IMG/VR virus record: IMGVR_UViG_3300037333_000017
Location: 22,295-86,294 of that record
From: a virus
Taxonomy: Duplodnaviria > Heunggongvirae > Uroviricota > Caudoviricetes
DNA length: 64,000 bases
Strand: one strand, 5' to 3'
Shown here: positions 9,712 to 19,697 of the stretch, one piece after another
Layout of the letters: each line of letters begins with the position of its first letter
Numbering within the stretch: position 1 is the first letter of the stretch
Program-made: the position numbers and the translations under genes
Notes under the pieces: model-generated
Database searches by the model: none
The model's input: the letters and a program-made list of their open reading frames with translations, nothing else
Told to the model about the DNA's origin: nothing

Positions 9712-9978
9712 CTAGGGTGTTATAGGGTAACCTATAAGTTCAACTAGCCCTCCATAAAGGAATATAATAAATAGACTTCCTAGTTGTGTGGATATAAGAC
9801 TCCATTTGTGTATTACTTTATATCTCCATAATTCGCAAGCATTGAGTAATAATGCGAGTATCATTGTAACAACTATCGTTAGTGTCATGTTACGAATAAA
9901 TAAAATACTTAAAGCAAATATCATCCCTAATATGAAATTAGTGCGTAATCTTTTCTCCGGTCTCGTATCCAAAAACAT
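9712..9978 (-). CDS. small membrane protein (2-3 predicted TM helices); holin-like topology
   Basis: ATG with AGGAGG SD. 88 aa, hydrophobic segments ILGMIFALSILFI, VVTMILALLLNA and LGSLFIIFLYGGLV. Confidence 0.45.
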   Translation of the reverse strand: MFLDTRPEKRLRTNFILGMIFALSILFIRNMTLTIVVTMILALLLNACELWRYKVIHKWSLISTQLGSLFIIFLYGGLVELIGYPITP

Positions 9979-10149
9979 ATAACCTCCTTTTCACAGTATG
10001 GATAAACTGTCATTTTTTATTAGGTTTCGGGAATCAAAATCGGGTAAGAAAGAGATATCCGCAAAACCCAATTTAAATAGAGGTTATTAAATTTTTATTA
10101 TAAATCCCTTTCTAGGTAGAGAAGATATAGCTTCTACAAATCAATTAAA

Positions 10150-10330
10150 AGAACTCTAAATATTTTTCTTTCTTTTTGGATATGTATATATTTATTTATA
10201 AATATATACATATCTTTTTCTTTTATAATAATAATATATTATTAATATTTAATTATATTATTTATAAATATATTATTATTTAATTATATATATATATATA
10301 TTTAATATATTATAATATTATTATTCCTAT
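10150..10330. promoter_or_regulatory. extremely A+T-rich block (>90% AT) inside a 445-bp divergent intergenic region; contains a 36-nt hairpin palindrome (10179-10214: gatatgtatatattta-ttta-taaatatatacatatc) and a (TA)n run
   Basis: Read directly. Flanked by divergently transcribed genes (9978 minus, 10424 plus). Candidate origin of replication, DNA-unwinding element or bidirectional promoter hub. Confidence 0.45.
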
Positions 10331-10423
10331 AGTAGCTCAGAATCTAGTTTAGGATTTCAGACAGTGTGTGGAGAAATATTTTTTAGAGTTATTAGATTGA
10401 GAAAATAAAACAAGGAGAGCGAG

Positions 10424-11371
10424 ATGATACTCATGCAGCTAAACAGAGAAGACATTCTTGAGACTCTCGACGATGATGAAACAATAACGCATTTCATGGC
10501 AGAGATATCAAAGGACGAAGAGTTTGAAGATATCGTCTACGCACCCGATAGGCCAATCGAATACAAGTTTACAACGCACTTCGTAAACGTACAGGTAACT
10601 CCAGACGAGAAATACTACGGACGCATAGCGATCATCACAGACAAGAAAGGACTTTATACTTGGTCCGAAGTTGATATGACTATAGCTACAGACGCCAATG
10701 AATATACCATCTCAGAAGCCCAACCGCAAATGAGGCAACCGCTGGATATCTACTTTGACTTCAGTAACAGTGAGATACCGTATTCGGCATTCACGATTTA
10801 CCTATCGAGAGCGACCACAAGAGAATCGATAGGTCATGAGGCAACCACATACCTCATACTCGACGACTCTAATACGATCGTCTTCAAAAGTCTATACGAT
10901 AAGGATAATCTTAATTCCATATTCGTAGCAAACGTATTGCGTGAGAACAGAACATACAAGGTACTCGCCATGCAGCATTACGCGAATAACGATTCAAGTA
11001 TGTTCTCAACGTCGCATGTTTATCTACCTAAGAGTAAATATACGAAATACGTACCGAAAGACTCTGATGGTTCTGGAACCTACAATACAGAAGATAAACT
11101 AAGAGTAGAGTTTACAATACCTGACGATACCTCTGGTATTTTAGAGATAATAAAGGACGGTGTCGTAACAGATAGGATTGATGACACAACCCTATATGAA
11201 GAAGATAACCCAAAGTATGATTCTAACGGAATGATCATCACTAGAGTGAAGAGTACCCTAGAGTCTAAATCCGAAGAATGGACATATAGAATCTTCGTTA
11301 AATACGGAAGATATGCGCAACACTCGACAGAACCAGGTTTTGTCTATAAATTACCAGCTAAGTTAGGGTGA
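10424..11371 (+). CDS. hypothetical protein, first gene of the tail/structural operon
   Basis: ATG with AAGGAGAG SD. 315 aa, no motifs. Position immediately upstream of the tail fibre. Confidence 0.5.
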   Translation: MILMQLNREDILETLDDDETITHFMAEISKDEEFEDIVYAPDRPIEYKFTTHFVNVQVTPDEKYYGRIAIITDKKGLYTWSEVDMTIATDANEYTISEAQPQMRQPLDIYFDFSNSEIPYSAFTIYLSRATTRESIGHEATTYLILDDSNTIVFKSLYDKDNLNSIFVANVLRENRTYKVLAMQHYANNDSSMFSTSHVYLPKSKYTKYVPKDSDGSGTYNTEDKLRVEFTIPDDTSGILEIIKDGVVTDRIDDTTLYEEDNPKYDSNGMIITRVKSTLESKSEEWTYRIFVKYGRYAQHSTEPGFVYKLPAKLG

Positions 11372-11415
11372 CCTAACTTAGCTCGGTTTAATTTGACTTA
11401 TATAAGGAGAATTAT

Positions 11416-14400
11416 ATGGCTACAGTAAAAGACATAGAGAAGAAGTACGATGACGTTGACGGCACTAAGGGAGAACTTAGTGCCGCCGAAGTGAACATGA
11501 TAAAAGATACACTAAAGAAACCACTCGAGATGATTCCAGAATACGATAGTGAGGAAGAGAGCGCTCTATTGTATGTTATTAAGGATTTAACGTTACAGGA
11601 AAATTTTAAGGCTACAGGAACGGATGATATCGAATTAGAGTCTAGTAGTAATTTTAAGTTAGATAAACTTAAGATAGACGACACGAAGATTTTTAAGATA
11701 GTTCCAGAGAACAATAACACAGGTTCTGTGAAACTTACGATAGGTGCTAACACTAAAACGCTTATGTTCAACGGAGAAGAATTGCCGGCGGATTTCCTAG
11801 TCGCTGGAAATGAATACCAGGTCATGTATGACTCCGAAAACGACGTCTTCAAAGTAGTTAACACGATAGCAACGCTCTCTAAAGAGACAGAGAAGGTTGT
11901 CGGTATAGAGACAGATAATCTCGCGAGGTTAGATAAGGAACAGACCTATGTAAAGCCGATATGGCTAACGCCGGACGGAAAGAACGTAATGAGGTTAGCC
12001 GACAATATTATTAGGTTATATAATAATTACGGCGAAGATAATGAGGTGTCTCTAACTATGAATCTTGAGGACGCCGGTATGCGATTCGGAACTACGCTAA
12101 GGAAAGACGGAGAGACGTTATCGTATATTATTATGGATGATGACTATTATGAAGTAGGAATAAATAGCGGACCGACATTGTCCATAGCAGAAGACTATAT
12201 TAAACTTTATAATAGTGTTAGGTTGGGAAAATCGTCAGACGAAGTTACAGAAATAATCGATAACGAAATAAGGTTATATACTAACAAGACAGAAGATGAC
12301 AATCGTCGTTACGCTAAGATAAATATATTAGACCATACAAGTACGTGCGAGTTTGCTATGTTTGATAATGATAACAATAGACTGAACCGCATGTATTTAG
12401 ACGAGTACGGGCTGAACTTAAATGAACTGAACAGAGGAGATGGAGGGAACGGCTTAAATTTATTTATCGGTGAGGCTAGAGGAAGGTTAGTCCCGAATAT
12501 AGATTACGAAGCATTAAACCTCTGTGCAGAAAGAGGTATTTACATTAGGACACCAGACAGAGGACACCCAAATTTCCAAAGCGGTTGGGAAGAGGTAACG
12601 TCCGAACTCAGAGGAGACCTTTTGCGAGTGGGCGGTACGAACGGCGCTAATACGTATATATACTCAGACTACCATTATGTTAATTGGGGGAAGAATAACG
12701 CTCAGAAGTACGGAGACAATGCGATATGGCTATATTCTGATAATAGAGATGACGATAACAGACGATATACATTAATCAACCACTATGACACAGGAGACGG
12801 ATTTGAGTGTATCTTACTCGATACGGACGGGAGCGTCATAGGTGGTCATAAATTTAAATCTTACGATAGTGACAACTATTTCGAAGTATTTAACGACAAA
12901 TTTTGGTGGGGCGCTGGGTATGTTAGAGACGAACTGGACAGAGATAACCGTTTATATATTAAAAAAGTAAACGGCATTAATGTGATGGAAATAGGCGATG
13001 GAGGAAAAGGGTTACTTATAGGTAGGCGTAATAACGGATCTACAGTTAGCGCGTCTGTAACGACTCTAGGTCATTACGCCGGATCAGACATGACAACGCC
13101 GAACGATATAGTGTTCATAGGATATCAAGCCGGGTATCATAACACAACAGGACAAGATAACGTTTTCATAGGCGCATATTCGGGAAGGGATATCACAACT
13201 GGTTCGTTTAACACTCTAGTCGGAGATAGAACAGCGGTATATGTAGATCCAGAAACACGAGTTATGGTTTGTATGGGTGATAATGCCGGAATATACGGTG
13301 CGTCAGACGAGTGTGTGTTTATAGGCGGTAGTGCTGGTGGAGGATACGATGATGATGGTTATGATAGAGAGACGAATAGATATAGTACATTCATAGGGCG
13401 TTCGGCTGGTGGTCGCGCGATGTCTAGAAACTCAATTATGATAGGACTTAACACAGGTTATGAGTGTACTGAAGATAAACAAGTACTTATCGGTTATGAG
13501 GCAGGTCACAACATAGGTAAGGATTCAGACTCGACAACTGGTAACTTATGTGTAGGTGATTCTGCTGGCAGGTATGTTGGAGATATGCGTTATTCGACGA
13601 TTATAGGGACGCGAGCGTTCATGGGGGATAGTGACGACGTAGAGGATAGAGAAGTATCTTATTCTGTAGCCGTAGGATACGAGACTGGCATGTCTGTAAC
13701 GCGCTGTACACAGACCGTATTTATAGGCGAACAGGCCGGGTACCACTCGAGTAGTCAGACAGGTGATACCTATATAGGGTATCACGCAGGGCGCGATAGT
13801 ACGACAGGCTCTTATAATACAGGAGTTGGATCTTACGCGATCCATAAGGTTACAAGTGGTTCGGGTAACACATCTATAGGGAGGTATTCTGGGAGCTATT
13901 TAACGACAGGTCGCAGTAACGTATTTATAGGTTATGGTTCAGGAAATATATCCGACGGGAGCAATAACATATGTATCGGTTATTCCGCAAAAGCATCTGA
14001 CGATAACGTCTCTAACGAAGTTACTTTAGGTAATGACGATAACGATAGTTATAGAATGTACGCGTCAGGCTGGACTAATGTATCGGACGCTAGAGATAAG
14101 ACAAATATCTCTCCTTTAGAAAAAGGACTAGAGTACCTATCCATGTTTACGCCGAAATGGTATGAATGGAATATGCGGTCTGGAGCTAAAAAAGACCTAA
14201 AAGGAAAAATGCAACTAGGATTTATAGCGCAAGATTTCCTAGAGATATCGGAACGCATACCGGAGATAAAAGACACAGGGTTCATAAACACATCGGACAC
14301 AGAACAATACATGATTAATACAGACATTCTCATACCTATACTAACGAAGTCTGTCCAGGAACTTAACGAAGAGGTTATTGGTCTTAAAGAAGCAAACAAA

Positions 14401-14445
14401 GGCTTACTAGAACGATTAGAGAGGTTAGAGGAGTTACTAGCTTGA
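11416..14445 (+). CDS. tail fibre / tail spike protein with Gly-rich (G-Y-x-A-G-x-x-x-T-x-G) repeat shaft and C-terminal intramolecular chaperone (peptidase S74) autoproteolytic domain
   Basis: About 20 repeats of IGYxAGxxxTTGxxNxFIG type. C-terminus SDARDK...KWYEWN...LGFIAQDFLEI...NTDILIPILTKSVQELNEEV matches the endosialidase/T5 L-shaped-fibre chaperone domain with its Ser...Lys dyad. Predicted self-cleavage after Ser890 (codon 14083-14085), releasing a 119-aa chaperone. Confidence 0.8.
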   Translation: MATVKDIEKKYDDVDGTKGELSAAEVNMIKDTLKKPLEMIPEYDSEEESALLYVIKDLTLQENFKATGTDDIELESSSNFKLDKLKIDDTKIFKIVPENNNTGSVKLTIGANTKTLMFNGEELPADFLVAGNEYQVMYDSENDVFKVVNTIATLSKETEKVVGIETDNLARLDKEQTYVKPIWLTPDGKNVMRLADNIIRLYNNYGEDNEVSLTMNLEDAGMRFGTTLRKDGETLSYIIMDDDYYEVGINSGPTLSIAEDYIKLYNSVRLGKSSDEVTEIIDNEIRLYTNKTEDDNRRYAKINILDHTSTCEFAMFDNDNNRLNRMYLDEYGLNLNELNRGDGGNGLNLFIGEARGRLVPNIDYEALNLCAERGIYIRTPDRGHPNFQSGWEEVTSELRGDLLRVGGTNGANTYIYSDYHYVNWGKNNAQKYGDNAIWLYSDNRDDDNRRYTLINHYDTGDGFECILLDTDGSVIGGHKFKSYDSDNYFEVFNDKFWWGAGYVRDELDRDNRLYIKKVNGINVMEIGDGGKGLLIGRRNNGSTVSASVTTLGHYAGSDMTTPNDIVFIGYQAGYHNTTGQDNVFIGAYSGRDITTGSFNTLVGDRTAVYVDPETRVMVCMGDNAGIYGASDECVFIGGSAGGGYDDDGYDRETNRYSTFIGRSAGGRAMSRNSIMIGLNTGYECTEDKQVLIGYEAGHNIGKDSDSTTGNLCVGDSAGRYVGDMRYSTIIGTRAFMGDSDDVEDREVSYSVAVGYETGMSVTRCTQTVFIGEQAGYHSSSQTGDTYIGYHAGRDSTTGSYNTGVGSYAIHKVTSGSGNTSIGRYSGSYLTTGRSNVFIGYGSGNISDGSNNICIGYSAKASDDNVSNEVTLGNDDNDSYRMYASGWTNVSDARDKTNISPLEKGLEYLSMFTPKWYEWNMRSGAKKDLKGKMQLGFIAQDFLEISERIPEIKDTGFINTSDTEQYMINTDILIPILTKSVQELNEEVIGLKEANKGLLERLERLEELLA

Positions 14446-14475
14446 TATTTTAACTGAATAACAAAAAGGACCACA

Positions 14476-15222
14476 ATGGAAGAAACAATTTCAGAACCAG
14501 AAGTAATTGATTATGCGGCAATATATTTTGAGAAGATAGCGTTATCGTATGACTCATTCGTTACGGTAGCGAGGCTTCTTAATACAGAGTACCGGTCAGA
14601 AGACGAAGAAAAATCTCTAACGGCTAACCTAGAGTACATAGCGTCTATACTTAGTAGGGGTAGAGAATATATTCCAGAAACTCTCATTCCCGTATTCGAG
14701 GACCCGACGACATTTGACAAGGATGACCTCGCATGGAAGGAGTACCTAGATTCACGTGCTGTCGATAGTACAACAATAAGCGTTTCAGGAACCACCACAG
14801 ATGAGTACCGCATACAACAAATGTTAGGCAGACTAACAGCTAGTTTAGATTCTGTACTAGATGCTAAACTACTAGAGTTACAGTCGGCTATTGTAGATAC
14901 CATTATGACTGCATCGCTCCTTAAAGAGTATGAACGTAAAGAGGTACTGGCACTGGAAGCGAGAGAGACAGGAGATTATTCAGTATTCGACATACTAGTC
15001 GAAGACCTTGACATAACGTCAGAGGATTATGCAAATATGATCCTCGAGAAAGCAGCGATTTGGCACGCTATCGAAGATGCCGCGATCTTAGAACTAAGTA
15101 AATATAGATCTGGTATCGCTAACTATATTATGGATTCCGATATAGATAACGCGACATTAGAGTTAGATGCGCTACGTAATTTTGATATTGTAGCTAAATT
15201 CCTACCAGAAGAAACAGAATAA
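14476..15222 (+). CDS. acidic hypothetical protein (possible fibre assembly or structural protein)
   Basis: ATG with AAAAGGAC RBS. 248 aa, strongly acidic. Follows the tail fibre. Confidence 0.5.
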   Translation: MEETISEPEVIDYAAIYFEKIALSYDSFVTVARLLNTEYRSEDEEKSLTANLEYIASILSRGREYIPETLIPVFEDPTTFDKDDLAWKEYLDSRAVDSTTISVSGTTTDEYRIQQMLGRLTASLDSVLDAKLLELQSAIVDTIMTASLLKEYERKEVLALEARETGDYSVFDILVEDLDITSEDYANMILEKAAIWHAIEDAAILELSKYRSGIANYIMDSDIDNATLELDALRNFDIVAKFLPEETE

Positions 15223-15225
15223 AGA

Positions 15226-15257
15226 TAGTCGAGTACATTGTACTCGACTATTTGTTT
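15226..15257 (+). terminator. intrinsic terminator: 11-bp stem (tagtcgagtac/gtactcgacta) followed by TTTGTTT
   Basis: Read directly downstream of the 15222 stop. Confidence 0.6.
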
Positions 15258-15279
15258 GAATTCATACGAAAGGTAAAAT

Positions 15280-15741
15280 ATGAAAGAAGTTAGAATTCTA
15301 TTATATAGAAATAGTAAGAAAACATGGTACGATAAAGTAATATCTACCTGGCAACGCATACTAGGGTTCGAAAGATATGACATTACGCATACTGAATACT
15401 ACATAGATGGGTACGGTTATAGTAGTTCGTTCAGAGACGGCGGTGTTCGTAAGAAACGTATAAAACTAAATAAGAACTGGGAATACATTACTCTTCTAGC
15501 GACAGATGAACAGATTGGTAAGCTAAAGGAGTTTTTCGAAATGCACGAAGGGAAGGGCTATGACACAAAGAATATTTTCTTAAATAAGATATTAGGTTTA
15601 AATAGAGATAATCCGGATAAGTGGATCTGTTCCGAGTACGTGTGCTCCGCTGTCAAATACGCTGGATTATCGGCGTGTCCGTATAAAGCTAGTATGGTAT
15701 ACCCTCCAGAACTAAGATTCCTAGATGGGAGAACGGCATGA
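15280..15741 (+). CDS. hypothetical protein; possible permuted papain-like (NlpC/P60-LRAT type) hydrolase
   Basis: ATG with AAAGGTAAAAT RBS. A His-containing segment (HTEYYIDGYGY) precedes a Cys motif (DKWICSEYVCSAV) in the His-then-Cys order of permuted NlpC/P60 enzymes. Weak. Confidence 0.35.
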   Translation: MKEVRILLYRNSKKTWYDKVISTWQRILGFERYDITHTEYYIDGYGYSSSFRDGGVRKKRIKLNKNWEYITLLATDEQIGKLKEFFEMHEGKGYDTKNIFLNKILGLNRDNPDKWICSEYVCSAVKYAGLSACPYKASMVYPPELRFLDGRTA

Positions 15742-16463
15742 TTATTAAGATACACCAAACGCCAACCGCGATAACTGTCGACAGACCGCTAAAGGTATAC
15801 TTCGATGATCCTATTCTTGCCGGATACGATATAGACGATTTGTCTCCAATCGACTCTTCCCCACTATGTCCGATAGTCGGTGATACGCTATATGTCGCAA
15901 CACCTAAAAACTATGATACGATACGTGTAGCTCACATCATAGATGCTAGAGACCTGCCGTCATCACAAGCGACACAAACAACACAGCAGACGTCTGGCAT
16001 TAAAGATGTGGTAGTGGTCGACGGTAAAATACGTGTTATAGAAGCTGATGGCACAGACAGAGAGTTAGATATAGATGTATCAGACTCTATAACTACAACA
16101 CCAGACATACCATCCATTACAGTCTTTACAAACCAAGAGAAGAAACTCAGTGTGTTAAACTACAGTCCGAATACTCTATACTCAACAACATCTAAGTATA
16201 TAGATATACGAGAAGACGGTATATACCTTAGACCTATGTCGACAGACGAGCCGCTAGTCCACAGAGAACTTACGTTATTTGCCATAGGCGCAGGTAGGAC
16301 TATCTCAGAACCAGCCTATATTAATGTAACAATCATTAATCTATCTGCAGGTACAGACAGTACTAAAAGTTCGTTCATAACTGGTAGAATCTTCACAATA
16401 GATAACATTAGAGCCGACGACATTGTCGAATACGAAAACATAGATATACAATTAGGAGATTAA
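15738..16463 (+). CDS. hypothetical structural protein
   Basis: ATGA overlap with the upstream gene. 241 aa, Thr/Ser/Asp-rich, beta-rich composition. Confidence 0.5.
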   Translation: MIIKIHQTPTAITVDRPLKVYFDDPILAGYDIDDLSPIDSSPLCPIVGDTLYVATPKNYDTIRVAHIIDARDLPSSQATQTTQQTSGIKDVVVVDGKIRVIEADGTDRELDIDVSDSITTTPDIPSITVFTNQEKKLSVLNYSPNTLYSTTSKYIDIREDGIYLRPMSTDEPLVHRELTLFAIGAGRTISEPAYINVTIINLSAGTDSTKSSFITGRIFTIDNIRADDIVEYENIDIQLGD

Positions 16464-16464
16464 T

Positions 16465-17874
16465 ATGGCTAGTGCTATAACAAATACAGACGGCGGAGTT
16501 CCGTCCATAGTATTCAGAGAAATAACATCAGATAAACCATTCAACGCTGTCTACACTAGTGTTGTATTAAAGACAAGAATGAACAAAGTGGTAACACAGA
16601 ACGAAGTTGAATTGCTCGTAGATGGTTCTGTAGAAGGTAAATCAAATACACTGCTTGTAGTAGATGAGTCAGGTAATGTTGAGAAAAGAGAGATTTTAGA
16701 GGAAGTGGCTACAGCATCGTATTCCGATAGTACTCAATGCATCATAAAACCAAATTACGGTGTAGACTACACAGAAGTGCTTTCTCCATATATAACTCAC
16801 AAAACTATAAAATATAGCGCTTCTATAACCGAACGCGGTGTATCTATTGGGACGTTCTATGTTTACTTAGATAATGGATCTAAGGCTATAAACGTGATGG
16901 ACCTAGCCACTAACGATACGGTACAGTATTACACATATAGATTATTCTCGTATGTTAAAAACATGTTCAGTGATAGAGACTACATATACTTCACATGTTA
17001 TAAATACTCCGATAGAATATTCAGATTCAAAAAGTCCTCGGTCCTATTAGGCTTGAATATAAATACAGATATTGAAACAATATACGTCGATAAATCAAAC
17101 ACATCGATCACACTATATTCATCTTATGCGGATCATATAGTTCATAAAAATTATGTCTTCTTCGCTTCACCTAAGAAACCGATAGCCGTCATGGATTTAG
17201 AGACTAGAACGGCTTATCACATTAATGGTAACTTAAAGTTGTCTAACTACAAAATGATTTTCTTCGAAGTAGAAGATGACGTATATTTAGTCGATACATA
17301 TGGTAGAAATGTCTATAGGTTAACTGTAACAGATGGTGTTCCGACACAGGAGTTACACTTCTCACACTCTCTGTCGCTGAGTACGTCGTCAAAATCATAC
17401 GTCGTGATAGGTAAGAAGATAGTGTCGTTAGAGGACAATAAGGTTCTAGATCTAGAAGCTAAAAAAGGAGGATATGCGTCAGCATTTTTCCCTAAGTTAT
17501 CGTATTTAGATGGCGTCCCATTTATTTATAATGGTGCTATGATGGTCATTGGCTACACAGTTATGTACAAAGCGCCGTTGCAGTTAGATAAAGTTTCGCT
17601 CATAGGTACCACAAATCTTGTATTAGACCAGAAACCAACGATAAACCCATATAAAGTAACAAAGGCGTTAGACTTAGAGTATATCGTTACTTCAGGAAAC
17701 ACGGAAGTACCTACAGTACTCGAAACGACAACGTGTCTACTTGCCTCTGAAATGATTGTGAATAAGTTTGTATCGAGAGCAGATGGACTAACTTCTATAT
17801 CTCAGAAGCTAATCATAGGTAAGAACGCAGTATACGCAGATAAATTAATAACACACTGTTATGAGGAGGAATGA
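16465..17874 (+). CDS. hypothetical structural (tail/baseplate) protein
   Basis: AGGAGAT RBS. 469 aa, no motifs. Operon position. Confidence 0.5.
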   Translation: MASAITNTDGGVPSIVFREITSDKPFNAVYTSVVLKTRMNKVVTQNEVELLVDGSVEGKSNTLLVVDESGNVEKREILEEVATASYSDSTQCIIKPNYGVDYTEVLSPYITHKTIKYSASITERGVSIGTFYVYLDNGSKAINVMDLATNDTVQYYTYRLFSYVKNMFSDRDYIYFTCYKYSDRIFRFKKSSVLLGLNINTDIETIYVDKSNTSITLYSSYADHIVHKNYVFFASPKKPIAVMDLETRTAYHINGNLKLSNYKMIFFEVEDDVYLVDTYGRNVYRLTVTDGVPTQELHFSHSLSLSTSSKSYVVIGKKIVSLEDNKVLDLEAKKGGYASAFFPKLSYLDGVPFIYNGAMMVIGYTVMYKAPLQLDKVSLIGTTNLVLDQKPTINPYKVTKALDLEYIVTSGNTEVPTVLETTTCLLASEMIVNKFVSRADGLTSISQKLIIGKNAVYADKLITHCYEEE

Positions 17875-18263
17875 TGATAACTAGAGATTTTGTATTAGAT
17901 GAGAATAATGAACTTATAGAGGTATATACGGATGCGACAACAGGAGAGTCAAGCACCGATGGCGTACTTAAATTACGTTATAAGATACAGGAAGATAGAG
18001 GAGATATTTATGATTTAGTAAGTCAATCTCTCCAATGGAACGGACTACTAACGAGCGCTATGGGAGATATTTATAACGTATTGACGGACGATCAAAAGGA
18101 TAAAATTCCTGAGGCGTCGCGTGCGTTACTCGAGGCCACATTCGCATATTACGACAGTACAGAAACTGTATCAGATATGAAATTAGCGGAGTCTGGATTC
18201 GAATACGTTAAATCTCTTATAGACTCTGAAGCTAAAACGGCAGTTTTCTATTCGGAGGTGTAA
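17871..18263 (+). CDS. hypothetical protein
   Basis: ATGA overlap. 130 aa, acidic. Confidence 0.5.
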   Translation: MMITRDFVLDENNELIEVYTDATTGESSTDGVLKLRYKIQEDRGDIYDLVSQSLQWNGLLTSAMGDIYNVLTDDQKDKIPEASRALLEATFAYYDSTETVSDMKLAESGFEYVKSLIDSEAKTAVFYSEV

Positions 18264-18264
18264 G

Positions 18265-19092
18265 ATGACAGACAATACGATAAGGAAAGCGAAAGGCTTA
18301 AGTTTAGATAAATTCGTTTTATTATCTAAGTACGACGTAGCTAATAAGGCTAAGGAGTTCCAGCATGCACTGAATTCATGCGGTCAGAACATACTTGTTG
18401 ATGGGATAATAGGTAAACAAACGATAGATGCGCTCAGGAACACTAATATCGATGACCTGACAAATGCTCTAAAGAATACTTCTCCAGAGGAACTCACAGA
18501 GAAAGAGGAGATACTCGCCTATCTTGCAAGAGAAGAAGGAACAGTTTTCCACTGGAACAAAGGAGAGGAGTCGTATACGACTCCGTATGGTGTATATAAG
18601 CACGCCAACAAGAAGAGTGACGTTATAAGATTCACAGACTCATTAATTAGAAAATACCACATTCTAGAGACGAGAAGAGGGATCAAGAAATTAAACAATT
18701 ACATAACTAACTCAGAAAGACGTAGGTTAAAAGACCTAGTATATGATTTGTATATATCAAAATACACAAATAAGCGAGTAGATGAAGTCTTACGCACGAA
18801 GGGTCTCGGTAAGTTAAGGTTGAGTATGTTCAGTACGTCCGTTAATGCGGGATTAAAAACAGCCATTGTAAAACTACAACAAACATTAGGTATCTATCCT
18901 GACGGATTAGTTGGTGATAAAACAATATTGGCTATTAATCTAGACTCTAGACAGGATTCCATATTGAATGAGATATACCTTACAAAGGTTAAAAAATATT
19001 ACGACTCCCTGATGTTAAGGAGTGAGTACTATACTAGATATAGGAACGGGTGGTATAACAGACTACGTAGACTTGGATTAACCATAGTGTAG
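18265..19092 (+). CDS. peptidoglycan-binding protein with a GH108-like (N-acetylmuramidase family) segment; candidate tail-associated lysin or endolysin
   Basis: Two PG_binding-type motifs (LNSCGQNILVDGIIGKQTIDALRN and LQQTLGIYPDGLVGDKTILAIN). YLAREEGTVFHWNKGEESYTTPYGVY resembles the GH108 ILxHEGGYVNDPxDPGGxTKYGIT signature. Confidence 0.45.
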   Translation: MTDNTIRKAKGLSLDKFVLLSKYDVANKAKEFQHALNSCGQNILVDGIIGKQTIDALRNTNIDDLTNALKNTSPEELTEKEEILAYLAREEGTVFHWNKGEESYTTPYGVYKHANKKSDVIRFTDSLIRKYHILETRRGIKKLNNYITNSERRRLKDLVYDLYISKYTNKRVDEVLRTKGLGKLRLSMFSTSVNAGLKTAIVKLQQTLGIYPDGLVGDKTILAINLDSRQDSILNEIYLTKVKKYYDSLMLRSEYYTRYRNGWYNRLRRLGLTIV

Positions 19093-19112
19093 AGACCTAG
19101 GTCTCTACACTA
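19085..19112. terminator. perfect 28-nt palindrome (tagtgtagagacctaggtctctacacta) between convergent genes, followed by a T-rich tract on the plus strand
   Basis: Read directly. Confidence 0.55.
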
Positions 19113-19611
19113 TGTATTTTCTTATTTCGTCTTTCAATAGATCTGTATTAAACTTCTCTACCGTTACTCTGCCATTTAGGTTTTCTAGACCTCTTGTATT
19201 TGTAAAGTCTCTAACGTATACGACTCGTTTTATATTATCCCTCTTAAGAATCTCCAACGAACAATTATAACACGGGGCGTCCGTAATATACAACGTACCG
19301 TATTTGGGTTTTGCTTCTAGCGGTAATGTCCCAAACAGGTCTATCTCAGCATGTACCGTACTCGTAAACGTCACCTCATTCGGTTTCATGAAAGCACCGC
19401 ATTTATTACATATCACTTCATCATAACTACATCCTCCGCAAACGCACTCGTATACGATAGTATCACAAATAACGCTCTTCTCGTTATGGTTAATGCCAAA
19501 ATACTTCTTACCATCTGCGACTATGTGCGCACAAACTCTCCTCGATCTAGACGTACTTTTAAGAGACATAAGTATCATTTCACTCACAATCTTTACTTCA
19601 TTATCGTGCAT
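19105..19611 (-). CDS. dCMP (deoxycytidylate) deaminase
   Basis: VHAEIDL and DAPCYNCSLEI match the HAE / PCxxC zinc-binding signature of the cytidine/dCMP deaminase family. An extra Cys cluster (CVCGGC...CNKC) is consistent with the second zinc site of T4-type dCMP deaminases. AAGGATAATT RBS. Confidence 0.75.
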   Translation of the reverse strand: MHDNEVKIVSEMILMSLKSTSRSRRVCAHIVADGKKYFGINHNEKSVICDTIVYECVCGGCSYDEVICNKCGAFMKPNEVTFTSTVHAEIDLFGTLPLEAKPKYGTLYITDAPCYNCSLEILKRDNIKRVVYVRDFTNTRGLENLNGRVTVEKFNTDLLKDEIRKYIV

Positions 19612-19697
19612 AATTATCCTTTATTAAATATCAAATAAATCCACACCCAAAATAATTAAAACACACATTTAAGTTGTAATAAAATTAAAGGAAAGCT

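Noticed and set aside
806-14474. Numerous 60-170 aa ORFs lying wholly inside and antisense to large genes (e.g. 806-1099, 4003-4518, 11412-11864, 13546-13845, 14049-14474, 20975-21388, 22774-23220, 23392-23739, 26308-26643, 28976-29452, 37155-37610, 52263-53018, 61686-62093)
   Set aside because: They sit on the opposite strand or in an alternative frame of well-supported genes, lack RBSs and have low-complexity Ser/Leu-rich translations typical of antisense reads of AT-rich coding DNA.
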